Positions 1 to 9,164 of a stretch of 64,000 nt of DNA are shown piece by piece (positions within the stretch are counted from its first letter, which is position 1; each line of letters starts with the position of its first letter). Made by a program: the position numbers and the translations under genes. The stretch spans positions 556,744-620,743 of the forward strand of contig OZ242373.1 of NCBI GenBank assembly GCA_965209065.1, written 5' to 3'. The DNA is from Alphaproteobacteria bacterium. Its GTDB lineage: Bacteria > Pseudomonadota > Alphaproteobacteria > JAPOUT01 > G958296285. The notes beneath the pieces were generated by a model that was given only the letters and a program-made list of their open reading frames with translations, was not told the DNA's origin and searched no databases.

Positions 1-601
1 TATAATTGATAGCGTGGTGAATGCGCGCTTCTTGGATAAGCCAATTACATTTTTCATCGCTACCGGCAAGACCGATAACAGTTGCGCCTGCTAGTCGCGC
101 AAGCTGTGCGGCGATAGAGCCGACCGCGCCCGCCGCCGCTGACACCAAAACGACATCTCCCGCGCGCGGTGCGCCGAGGTGGCTCATACCGATATAAGCC
201 GTATGCCCAGCGATACCCAACATGCTGATTAAATTAGTTAGAGGTTCAACTGGTTTGCGTTTGTTTAGATGGCGCGCGGAGGCTACGCCATATTCTTGCC
301 AGCCTAAATCGCCTTCAACAATATCGCCCACTTTTAAGTGAGACGCACGGCTATCGAGAATTTCGCCAACCACGAGACCGGGCATCGGCGAGCCTTCGCC
401 CACTTGTCCACGATAGGTAGCACCTTGTAGCCAAGCGCGGTTCGCGGCATCTAAAGAAATTAAAAGCGTTTTAACTAAAGCCTCGCCTTCTTCGAGCGGT
501 GCTATGGGTTCTTCGCGCAGGTCGTAGTGGTCTAGCGACAGCTTGCCGCTAGGTTTGGATTTGAGATAAAACCGCCTCGTTGTAGTCGGTAGATTGGTCA
601 T
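1..601 (-). CDS. NADP-dependent oxidoreductase (MDR / prostaglandin reductase, CurA/YncB-like), 3' end runs off the window
   Basis: Manually translated from ATG at 601 (GGAGG RBS upstream): MTNLPTTTRRFYLKSKPSG...LISLDAANRAW...GDIVEGDLGWQEY...MLGIAGHTAYIG...VLVSAAAGAVGS, a typical PTGR/CurA family pattern. Confidence 0.85.
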   Translation of the reverse strand, partial: MTNLPTTTRRFYLKSKPSGKLSLDHYDLREEPIAPLEEGEALVKTLLISLDAANRAWLQGATYRGQVGEGSPMPGLVVGEILDSRASHLKVGDIVEGDLGWQEYGVASARHLNKRKPVEPLTNLISMLGIAGHTAYIGMSHLGAPRAGDVVLVSAAAGAVGSIAAQLARLAGATVIGLAGSDEKCNWLIQEARIHHAINY

Positions 602-612
602 GTTTCCTCCGG

Positions 613-2073
613 TTATTTTCCTTCAGGTGCTAGACTTCCTTTTCTAAAGGCTAAGTCAATCGCGTAGGTTGTGAAGCCAGCGATAAAGCCGGGCAGCACA
701 GAATATATTGTATCATTAAGTGGCGTTTGTCGCCATAGGAACATAGCAATAAAAGACACCGCCATCATTAGGATAATCGTCATTTGGGTTGGTCTTGCGC
801 CTAGCACATAGACGATAAGCACAGGACCGAAGGTGACCGCAAGCCCCGCCCAAGCCACAAGCACTAAAGAGAATACAGAAAAGCCTCCTATGGTGAAATA
901 ATTGCCAAAGCTGGCGATAAAAACAATAAACAGCACGACAAGCGCGGTCGCGAGCTCGTCGGTGCGGAAAGAGGGGTGGGGGTCTCCGCGCGAGAAGTCG
1001 TGCGTGAGCGCCGCCGAGCAAGACAAAATCTGCGAATCCGCTGTTGAAAGAGAGGCGGCAAAAACACCCGCAAGCATAGCGCCCGCGAGTATCGCCGGCA
1101 GAAGCTGTTGCGATAGGGCAGGGAGGCTTAGCTCTGGGTCAAAGCCTCCTCCAGTTGGCTCATTAAGCAGAATGCGCGCGGCAAGCCCCACGCCTAAAGC
1201 AAAGAGGTTGAAGAACACGCTCCAGCCATAGTTGTAAAGACGAATTTGCGTCATCTCATCGGGCGAGCGCATTGCCATATAGCGCACCATAATGTGCGGC
1301 TGTCCGATAGAGCCGACCCCGGCTATAATCCAACCGAGCACAAACAACATCGCGCCGGAGGTGCCGTCAAAATAAGTGAATTCGCTAGGAAACCAATCGA
1401 GGTAAGTAGGTGAAATTTTATCAGCGGCGGAGATGAAGCTGCCGATGCCTCCCACTTCAACAATGGCATAAATCATCAAGAGAAGCATCGTGAGGAGCAT
1501 AATCACTGACTGGACGGCATCAGTCCAAATAGAGGCGCGCAAACCGCCAACCAAACAATAAGATAGAATAATCACGCCTCCCAGCAAGGAAGCCGCACCA
1601 ATATTCCAGTCAAGAACAACCGACAGAGCTTTCCCACCCGCTTGTAATTGCGCCGCCGCGTAAAGTCCAAGCAAGCCGAGCGTCAAAACCGCGCCAATAA
1701 TTCTAACATAGGGATAATTCTTGCCACCCCAATGAGCAATCAGCTCAGGGAAAGTGGTAGCCTGCCGCGCCACCGACTCCTTTTGTATTTTGTCATAAAC
1801 AAAAAACGACATAATGAAATCGCCAAGCAGAAAGCCCAAAGCAAGCCAAATAGCATTCAGCCCCTGCAGATAGGCAAGCCCGATAAAACCGATAAACATA
1901 AAGCCGCTATTGGTGGTCGCAGCAACAGAAAGAGCCGTCAAAATAGGAGGCATCTCGCGCCCCGCCACGAGATAATCGTCGTCGGTGTGAGGCGTGCCGC
2001 GCGCCGCCCAAATGCCGACACCCACAAAAATAAGAAGAAAAAACGCAAAACTCGCGATAAGCATACCTGCCAT
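613..2073 (-). CDS. Sodium:solute (sodium/proline PutP-like) symporter
   Basis: About 13 TM segments; DYLVAGR, SGFMFIG, GGLRASIWTD, GQPHIMVRYMA, STADSQ motifs of the SSS/PutP family. Confidence 0.9.
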   Translation of the reverse strand: MAGMLIASFAFFLLIFVGVGIWAARGTPHTDDDYLVAGREMPPILTALSVAATTNSGFMFIGFIGLAYLQGLNAIWLALGFLLGDFIMSFFVYDKIQKESVARQATTFPELIAHWGGKNYPYVRIIGAVLTLGLLGLYAAAQLQAGGKALSVVLDWNIGAASLLGGVIILSYCLVGGLRASIWTDAVQSVIMLLTMLLLMIYAIVEVGGIGSFISAADKISPTYLDWFPSEFTYFDGTSGAMLFVLGWIIAGVGSIGQPHIMVRYMAMRSPDEMTQIRLYNYGWSVFFNLFALGVGLAARILLNEPTGGGFDPELSLPALSQQLLPAILAGAMLAGVFAASLSTADSQILSCSAALTHDFSRGDPHPSFRTDELATALVVLFIVFIASFGNYFTIGGFSVFSLVLVAWAGLAVTFGPVLIVYVLGARPTQMTIILMMAVSFIAMFLWRQTPLNDTIYSVLPGFIAGFTTYAIDLAFRKGSLAPEGK

Positions 2074-2124
2074 CCTTTTTACAACCTATACCATAAGCAG
2101 ATAAAAAAGGCTATAAAATATAAT

Positions 2125-3795
2125 ATGGACGATAACCTAAAATTGGTGGTGAGCCAGCAAAACCCGCTCGTGGGTGATGTTTGGGGCAATGTAAACAAAG
2201 TAAGCCACGCCATCAAAGAGGCGCGCGCGCAAGACGCTGACCTCGTGCTATTCAGCGAGTTGTTTCTGTCGGGCTATCCGCCAGAGGACTTGGTGCTTCA
2301 CGCGAACTTTATCGCTGATGTTGCAAAGGGCATAGAGCTTATCGCGCAGGAGACAAAAGAAGGCAAGACCGCCTGTCTGGTCGGTGCGCCCTATTATGAT
2401 AAGGACAAAGAGAAACTTTATAATGCCGCTTTTTTATTGGAGGCGGGCAAGGTGGCTTACAGGGTAGATAAGCAGCACCTGCCAAACTATGATGTGTTTG
2501 ATGAGATGAGGGTTTTTGCTAAAGGCGCTACGCCACGCGCGCCCTTTATGTTTCGCGGAATGCGTTTAGCCATTCGCATTTGTGAGGATATTTGGGAGGA
2601 GCAGGTTGAAGCCATCAAGGATAGCGACTTGCTTATCGTTCTCAATGGTTCGCCTTATGAGGAGGGCAAGCCTCAAAAGCGGCTTTATCATTGTGAGGCG
2701 CAGGTAGATAAAAATAAAATTCCGCTGGTTTATGTTAATCAGGTTGGCGGACAAGACGAGCTCGTTTTTGATGGCGGCTCTTTTGTTTTATCAAAAGACA
2801 AGACTTGTATTGCGCGGTTGCCCTCGTGGCAAGAGGCGAACCTCTTAACCGAGTGGCAAAAAACTAGCGCAGGGTGGCAGGCGACTCCGCTTGCGGAAAA
2901 TCCTAAACAAGAAGGCGAGCAAGAAGCCACGTGGCAAGCGCTTACGCTGGGCTTGCGCGATTACGTGAATAAAAACGGCTTCAAGAGCGTTGTTTTGGGT
3001 TTGAGCGGCGGCATTGATAGCGCCTTCGTGGCGGCGCTGGCGTGCGATGCGCTCGGTGCGGCGCGCGTGCATTGCGTGCGCTTGCCTTCGCGCTACACTG
3101 CGCAAGAGAGTCAAGACGATGCGCAAAAGTGCGCGGACGCTTTAGCCGTCAGGCTCGACACGATAGAAATTGAACCTCTGGTGCTTGTGGCGGAGAAATC
3201 CCTCGCGCCTCTTTTCAGCGGTGCGACCCGCGACCTGACCGAAGAAAATATTCAATCGCGCTTGCGCGGGCTTTTGCTGATGGCGCTTTCCAATAAATTT
3301 GGTGCGATGTTGCTTTCCACCGGTAATAAGTCGGAGATGTCGGTTGGCTACGCCACGCTTTACGGCGATATGAACGGCGGCTTCAATCCGATTAAAGATG
3401 TTTATAAAATGGAAGTTTATGCTTTGGCGGAATGGCGCAATAAAAACTTTCCGCAACGCGCACTGGGTAAAGAGGGCGAGGTTATTCCTAAAAACATTAT
3501 CACCAAAGCGCCAAGTGCCGAGCTACGTGAAAATCAAAAGGACGAAGATTCCTTACCGCCTTACGAAACGCTTGACAATATTTTACAAAAGCTAATTGAT
3601 ATAGAAATGCCTTTAGCGAAAATTGTCGCCAGCGGACATAAGCCAGAGGTGGTTCAGCATATTGCTAGACTTGTGCGCCTCGCCGAGTATAAGCGGAGGC
3701 AATCGCCACCGGGCGTGCGTTTAAGCAAGCGCAACTTCGGCAAGGCGAGACGCTATCCCATCACTAACGCTTATAAAGCAGAAGAAAACTTATGA
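2125..3795 (+). CDS. nadE: Glutamine-dependent NAD+ synthetase
   Basis: Nitrilase domain (ELFLSGYPPEDL, LPNYDVFDE, ICED) plus synthetase domain (GLSGGIDS, ENIQSRLRG, TGNKSE, YGD). Start placed at ATG 2125; the ORF-track extension from 1648 overlaps the opposite-strand symporter. Confidence 0.95.
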   Translation: MDDNLKLVVSQQNPLVGDVWGNVNKVSHAIKEARAQDADLVLFSELFLSGYPPEDLVLHANFIADVAKGIELIAQETKEGKTACLVGAPYYDKDKEKLYNAAFLLEAGKVAYRVDKQHLPNYDVFDEMRVFAKGATPRAPFMFRGMRLAIRICEDIWEEQVEAIKDSDLLIVLNGSPYEEGKPQKRLYHCEAQVDKNKIPLVYVNQVGGQDELVFDGGSFVLSKDKTCIARLPSWQEANLLTEWQKTSAGWQATPLAENPKQEGEQEATWQALTLGLRDYVNKNGFKSVVLGLSGGIDSAFVAALACDALGAARVHCVRLPSRYTAQESQDDAQKCADALAVRLDTIEIEPLVLVAEKSLAPLFSGATRDLTEENIQSRLRGLLLMALSNKFGAMLLSTGNKSEMSVGYATLYGDMNGGFNPIKDVYKMEVYALAEWRNKNFPQRALGKEGEVIPKNIITKAPSAELRENQKDEDSLPPYETLDNILQKLIDIEMPLAKIVASGHKPEVVQHIARLVRLAEYKRRQSPPGVRLSKRNFGKARRYPITNAYKAEENL

Positions 3796-3805
3796 TAGGG
3801 CACTT

Positions 3806-5083
3806 ATGATAAAGGTGCGCTTTGCTCCATCTCCAAGCGGCTATTTGCATTTAGGCAATGCGCGCACGGCTTTGCTCAACTTTTTGTTTGCCAAAACAGA
3901 AGGCGGCACATTCATTCTGCGCATGGACGATACCGATGACACGCGTTCAACACAAGAATACGCCCACGCGATAGAAGAGGATTTGCGCTGGCTCGCGGTG
4001 GAATGGGAGGATTCTTTTAAGCAATCCACGCGGTTTGGGGAGTATCAGCAGGCGGTAGAGAAGCTGAAATCTTTGGGCTTGCTCTATGCTTGTTATGAAA
4101 GCGAGGAGGAGCTGGCACTCGCGCGGCGAGCGGCACTCCAAGCCAAACGCGCGCCGGTGTATAACCGCAAAGCGTTGGAACTCACGCCCACCGACCGCCA
4201 AAGCATCGAGGCGCAAGGCATCAAACCGCACTGGCGCTTTAAGCTATCGCACCAAAAGGTGGATGTGGTTGATTTACTTCACGGCACAACTGCTATTGCC
4301 ACGAACAGCCTTTCCGACCCGGTGTTGATTCGCGCGGACGGCAGGTTTTTATACACCCTGCCGAGCGTGCTAGACGACTTAGATTATGGGATTACCCACA
4401 TTATACGCGGCGACGACCACCTCACGAACAGCGCGGTGCAAGTGGAGCTCGCGCGCGCTTTGGGTGGCGACGCGCCCATCTTCGCGCACCACCCCTTGAT
4501 GGTGAATGAGGACGGCAGCCCTCTGTCTAAGCGCAACCAAGATTTTTCTCTGCGCGCTTTTAGAGACGAAGGCTTTGAACCCGAAGCTATCACCGCGCTT
4601 TTGGTTGGCGAAGAATTTGATTTTCAGCAACAAGCGAAACACAATGTGCGCTATGAGCGCAAACGGTTAGAAAAAATAAATAGCGGTCTTATTCATAAAA
4701 TGGATTGGGAAAAAGTAAAAGCGCGCTTGCCTTTAGAGATAAGCCAAAACGATTGGCAAGGTTTGAGGCATAACCTAACTTTCATTAAAGATGCAGAATT
4801 ATGGCACAGCATTATTTATGGCGAGCCAGCACTCCCGCAGCAAAAGGAGGAGCAGGCTTTTCTACAAACAGCCTTAAGGCTTTTACCTCAAGCACCGCTG
4901 GACGAAAACAGCTGGGGAGAATGGACGAAAGCACTTTCAGATGCGACCGGTCGTAAGGGCAAGGCATTATACTTGCCGTTGCGCCTCGCGCTTACAGGGC
5001 AAGACAAGGGACCAGAAATGAAAAATATGATAGAATTATTAGGATATGAAAAAATTAAGAAGCGTTTAAGTATTTCGCTATAG
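3806..5083 (+). CDS. gltX: Glutamate--tRNA ligase (alphaproteobacterial nadE-linked paralog type)
   Basis: RFAPSPSGYLHLGN (HIGH), RGDDH, PLSKR (KMSKS), C-terminal LYLPLRLALTG anticodon-binding domain. Confidence 0.93.
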   Translation: MIKVRFAPSPSGYLHLGNARTALLNFLFAKTEGGTFILRMDDTDDTRSTQEYAHAIEEDLRWLAVEWEDSFKQSTRFGEYQQAVEKLKSLGLLYACYESEEELALARRAALQAKRAPVYNRKALELTPTDRQSIEAQGIKPHWRFKLSHQKVDVVDLLHGTTAIATNSLSDPVLIRADGRFLYTLPSVLDDLDYGITHIIRGDDHLTNSAVQVELARALGGDAPIFAHHPLMVNEDGSPLSKRNQDFSLRAFRDEGFEPEAITALLVGEEFDFQQQAKHNVRYERKRLEKINSGLIHKMDWEKVKARLPLEISQNDWQGLRHNLTFIKDAELWHSIIYGEPALPQQKEEQAFLQTALRLLPQAPLDENSWGEWTKALSDATGRKGKALYLPLRLALTGQDKGPEMKNMIELLGYEKIKKRLSISL

Positions 5084-5101
5084 ATTTTATTACAAGAGAA
5101 T

Positions 5102-6700
5102 ATGGAAAGGCTTTATATATTTGATACCACCTTGCGTGACGGCGCGCAGACACAAGGCATTAGCTTTAGTGTCGCGGATAAGCACGAGATAGCCAAGATG
5201 CTAGACGCGCTCGGTGTCGATTTCATTGAGGGCGGCTGGCCTGGCGCGAACCCGACCGATAGTCGTTTTTTTGATGACGCGCCGCAAGGGCTCAAGGCTT
5301 GCTTTGTTGCTTTCGGTATGACCGCGCGCGCTGACCGCTCGGCGGAGAATGATCCGAGCCTCGCGCCTATTCTCAAAAGCACGGCGGACGCCGGGTGCTT
5401 GGTTGCCAAGAGCTGGGACTATCACGTCAAGACCGCGCTTGAAGTGAGCCTCGAGGATAATTTAGATAGCATCACGAAATCTATCAAAGCCCTCATCGCG
5501 AGTGGCAAGCGCGCGATGCTGGATGCCGAGCATTTCTTTGACGGCTTCAAGGCGAACCCAAGCTATGCGACCGATTGTCTCGCGGCGGCTTTTGAGGCGG
5601 GCGCAGAGTGGCTTGTCCTATGCGACACCAACGGCGGCACCTTGCCGAACGAGATTTATGATATTACCAAGCAGATTAAAACGAGCCGCCCTGAATTTAA
5701 TCTTGGCATTCACGCGCATAATGATACCGGCAATGCGGTTGCTAATTCGCTTGCGGCGGTTCAAGCCGGCGCGCGCCAAGTGCAAGGCACGTTGAACGGA
5801 CTGGGCGAACGCTGCGGTAATGCTAATCTTGTAAGCCTCTTGCCAACGCTTGTGTTGAAAAAACAATTTGCCGAAAATTTCCAAACGGGCATCACGCCAG
5901 ATGCGTTAAAAAAAATAACTGCCTTGTCTCGTCAATTTGACGATATTATCAATCGCCGTCCAAATCGTTATGCGCCTTATGTTGGTAGCTCGGCGTTTGC
6001 TCATAAGGGAGGCTTGCATGTCTCGGCGGTTGTGAAAGATGCTGCCACTTATGAGCATATCCCGCCTGATCAAGTCGGCAATCGGCGACAAATTCTTGTT
6101 TCTAATCAGGCGGGGCGCGCGAACCTGATGGAGAGACTCCAAGGGCTTGAGCTGCCCCAAGCGCTCATTCCAAAAGATAGCTCTGATTCAAGAGTGCAGT
6201 TTTTACTCAGCGAATTAAAGCAGAAAGAAGATGAGGGCTATTCTTACGAGGATGCCGAAGCGAGTTTCGCGCTGTTGGCATGGCAAGTGCTCGGTGATGT
6301 TCCGCAGCTCATTAAGATAAATTCTTTTCGCGTGCTGGTAGAAAAAAGGCAGAACGCTCTAGGGCAGGAGGTTTTGGTGTCCGAAGCGATTGTCAAAACC
6401 ACGCACGACGGCAAAGAAGAAGCCCATTATGGCGAAGGCGAGGGTCCTATCCACGCGCTCGACCAAGCCTTGCGCGAGAGCTTGCCCGAATACAAAAAAA
6501 TTCTCCAGCAGATAAAGCTGGTTGATTATAAAGTGCGTATTCTCAATATGGGCGCGGAGGCGATTACGCGCGTTGTCATTGAAAATGAAAATCTAGAAGG
6601 GCGGCGCTGGCGTTCGCTTGGCATTTCGCCGAACATTATTGACGCTTCTTTCAAGGCGCTAGTTGATGGTATGACCTTCCATTTAATGAGGAAGCAATAA
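5102..6700 (+). CDS. cimA: Citramalate synthase (DRE-TIM, LeuA family)
   Basis: DTTLRDGAQ, IEGGWPGANP, HAHND, GERCGN, AFAHKGGLHVSAV and C-terminal regulatory domain. Confidence 0.9.
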   Translation: MERLYIFDTTLRDGAQTQGISFSVADKHEIAKMLDALGVDFIEGGWPGANPTDSRFFDDAPQGLKACFVAFGMTARADRSAENDPSLAPILKSTADAGCLVAKSWDYHVKTALEVSLEDNLDSITKSIKALIASGKRAMLDAEHFFDGFKANPSYATDCLAAAFEAGAEWLVLCDTNGGTLPNEIYDITKQIKTSRPEFNLGIHAHNDTGNAVANSLAAVQAGARQVQGTLNGLGERCGNANLVSLLPTLVLKKQFAENFQTGITPDALKKITALSRQFDDIINRRPNRYAPYVGSSAFAHKGGLHVSAVVKDAATYEHIPPDQVGNRRQILVSNQAGRANLMERLQGLELPQALIPKDSSDSRVQFLLSELKQKEDEGYSYEDAEASFALLAWQVLGDVPQLIKINSFRVLVEKRQNALGQEVLVSEAIVKTTHDGKEEAHYGEGEGPIHALDQALRESLPEYKKILQQIKLVDYKVRILNMGAEAITRVVIENENLEGRRWRSLGISPNIIDASFKALVDGMTFHLMRKQ

Positions 6701-7665
6701 TGCTTGTTCGCGCTTCTTTGCTCCTGTTGGCTTTGTTAGCAGGGTTTTTTCTTTGGTTTTATTTTCAAGACAACCCGAAGCCGCAACCTGCGCAAGCGAA
6801 GGGGGTCCTCCCTACCTTTGACACCGTGCGCATTGATAAAGAAAAGACCGCTGTTCTGGCAGGACGCTCCGCTCCTTTTGCGCTGGTGAGCTTAATGCAT
6901 GATGATAAGATGCTAGGCAACAGGTTGCTCGGCAACAAGTTGCTCGGCAACAAGTTGCTCGGCAACAAGTTGCTTGATAACAAGTTATTGGGTAGTGCGC
7001 ATGCCTCGGCGCGCGGCGAGTGGGTGATGGTTATTGATAAACCTCTAACACTCAATGCGCTTTCCTATTTAAGGCTACGGAGCAAGAACCGCGCGGGCGA
7101 GGTCGTGCTTTCTGACGAGATTGTCACGCTTAGCGCGAGTAATCCGCCTTATGTGGTGCTGACGAAACCCAATGGCTCAGAGGTTTTACAATCAAGCTTT
7201 TCCGAACTGGGCGATGTTCTGCTGGAAACGATAGACTATGACGAAAATAAGAATGCTATTTTTTCAGGCAGAGCACGCGCGCAAGCGCAAGTGTTCCTTT
7301 ATTATAACAATCAGTTTATCGGTCAAGCGAGGGCGGGGCAAAATGATAAATGGCAGATAAAGGCGAAGGATATTGCCGCGGGCAAGGGTGTCGTGCGCTT
7401 GGATTTGCTAGGAGAGAAGGGCGAAATTCTAGCGCGCTTAGAGCTGCCGGTTGCTATTGAAGTAGCGCAAAAGATTGAACCACAGGTGGAACACAAGGTG
7501 AAACCACAGGTCCTCATTCAAGCAGGCGATAGCTTATGGAAAATCGCGCGAAATTTATATGGCAAAGGCACGCTTTATACGATAATCTATGAATATAACA
7601 AAGATAATATCAAAGACCCCAATTTGATTTATCCTGGTCAGGTATTCCAAACCCCCAACCAATAG
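6700..7665 (+). CDS. Membrane-anchored LysM peptidoglycan-binding protein with Ig-like repeats
   Basis: N-terminal TM, PTFDTVRI...LAGR, C-terminal LysM GDSLWKIARNLYGKG...IKDPNLIYPGQVF. Confidence 0.85.
   Translation: MLVRASLLLLALLAGFFLWFYFQDNPKPQPAQAKGVLPTFDTVRIDKEKTAVLAGRSAPFALVSLMHDDKMLGNRLLGNKLLGNKLLGNKLLDNKLLGSAHASARGEWVMVIDKPLTLNALSYLRLRSKNRAGEVVLSDEIVTLSASNPPYVVLTKPNGSEVLQSSFSELGDVLLETIDYDENKNAIFSGRARAQAQVFLYYNNQFIGQARAGQNDKWQIKAKDIAAGKGVVRLDLLGEKGEILARLELPVAIEVAQKIEPQVEHKVKPQVLIQAGDSLWKIARNLYGKGTLYTIIYEYNKDNIKDPNLIYPGQVFQTPNQ
6910..6996 (+). repeat. In-frame 15-bp tandem repeat (TTGCTCGGCAACAAG)x~5.8 encoding (LLGNK)n
   Basis: Three identical units at 6925-6969 plus degenerate flanking units at 6910, 6970 and 6985. 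Confidence 0.95.
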
Positions 7666-7672
7666 GAGCAAC

Positions 7673-8368
7673 ATGACAAGCTTTTTACCTAAAATTCATA
7701 AAGAAGGCTATTTATTCATCGGAGTTTTTTTTCTGATAACTTTATTTTTGTTTCTGTTATGGATACCCTTGGGCTGGCTCGGTGTTATTTTAACGATATG
7801 GTGCTGCTATTTTTTTCGCGACCCTGAGCGGATTCACCCGCAAATAAAGCGCGCATGGGTTGCGCCGGCAGATGGAGTCATTTGCTCTATTGCTAAAATG
7901 AATTTACCCGAAGAGGTGCGCCGTGATGACCAGAGCGAATATCATCGTGTTAGTATTTTTATGAATGTTTTTAATTGCCATATCAACCGCGCACCCTATG
8001 GCGGCAAGATAGAATATATCGATTATGTGCGCGGGGCTTTTTTCAATGCCTCGTGGGATAAGGCGAGCGCGCAAAACGAGAGGCAGCATTTAACCTTGCG
8101 CTCTTTAGATGGGGATAAGTTTGTGGTTACTCAAATAGCAGGGCTTGTGGCGCGGCGCATTGTCTGCTGGACGACAATGGGCACAAACTTACAACTTGGC
8201 GAGCGCTTTGGTATGATAAGGTTTGGTAGCCGTGTTGATGTTTATCTGCCCGCGCATATTGAGCCTATTGTGCAGTTAGGGCAAATTACCATCGGTGGCG
8301 AAACGATTATCGGGCTTGCCGCCGCTACAGCTACAGGAATAAAAGAGGAAGAAAGCCGTGCCGAATGA
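7673..8368 (+). CDS. psd: Phosphatidylserine decarboxylase proenzyme
   Basis: FFRDPER, APADG, SIFMNVFNCHINRAP, QIAGLVARRI, IRFGSRVD cleavage motif. Confidence 0.95.
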   Translation: MTSFLPKIHKEGYLFIGVFFLITLFLFLLWIPLGWLGVILTIWCCYFFRDPERIHPQIKRAWVAPADGVICSIAKMNLPEEVRRDDQSEYHRVSIFMNVFNCHINRAPYGGKIEYIDYVRGAFFNASWDKASAQNERQHLTLRSLDGDKFVVTQIAGLVARRIVCWTTMGTNLQLGERFGMIRFGSRVDVYLPAHIEPIVQLGQITIGGETIIGLAAATATGIKEEESRAE

Positions 8369-9164
8369 TTCTGAAAACAAACTACACGTTGTAGAAAATA
8401 CTGATTTCCAAGAAGAGAAAAAAGTAAGAAATAACCTTTGGCGGATTCCTAAAATATCGGCTTTGCGTCTTTTGCCGTCAGCGCTGACTATTTTTGCGAT
8501 GTTCTTAGGGTTTGCTTCTATTCAATTTGCTTTTTTAGGTCGCTTTGAGCTTGTTGTCGGGCTTATTTTTATTTCGGCGGTTTTAGATATGCTAGACGGC
8601 AGGGTCGCGCGGTTTGTGAGTCAAGAAAGCCGCATTGGTGCGCAACTGGATTCGCTTGCTGACTTTCTAAATTTTGGTATAGCGCCTGCCTTTGCCGCTT
8701 GGCACTGGAACTTAAAAGAGTTTGGCGATTTAGGCTGGGGGCTTGCGTTTTTATTTACTCTGTGTTGCGCCTTGCGTCTCGCGCGCTTTAACGCTTCTTT
8801 GGAGGAGGACGAAGCCTATTCCAAAAAGTATTTTCAAGGTGTTCCAGCACCGGCGGCGGGATTGCTTCTTTTCATGCCGATGGTAATGAGCTTTTTAGGA
8901 ATTCAGAATGAGGTTTTTCTCGATACGATGATGCTTATTTTCACCATTGGCGTGGCTTTGTTGATGGTTAGCTCTATCCCGACTTTCTCAGCTAAGAACC
9001 TGCGCTTGAGGTTTCCGCGCACCAATTTTGTGCCGGTTTTATTGGGGGCTTCTTTTGTTAGCGTGTTGGCTTTCAATTTTCCTTTTGTCGCTCTTTTACT
9101 GCTGGGGGTTGCCTATCTGGCTTCTATTCCTTGGACGATTTATTGCCACTATTATTCAGATTAG
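8358..9164 (+). CDS. pssA: CDP-diacylglycerol--serine O-phosphatidyltransferase
   Basis: DMLDGRVAR...GAQLDSLADFLNFG CDP-alcohol phosphotransferase motif; adjacent to psd. Confidence 0.92.
   Translation: MPNDSENKLHVVENTDFQEEKKVRNNLWRIPKISALRLLPSALTIFAMFLGFASIQFAFLGRFELVVGLIFISAVLDMLDGRVARFVSQESRIGAQLDSLADFLNFGIAPAFAAWHWNLKEFGDLGWGLAFLFTLCCALRLARFNASLEEDEAYSKKYFQGVPAPAAGLLLFMPMVMSFLGIQNEVFLDTMMLIFTIGVALLMVSSIPTFSAKNLRLRFPRTNFVPVLLGASFVSVLAFNFPFVALLLLGVAYLASIPWTIYCHYYSD

Noticed and set aside
1648-2124. 160-aa N-terminal extension of NadE in the ORF track
   Set aside because: It is the antisense of the symporter gene; family homology starts at ATG 2125.
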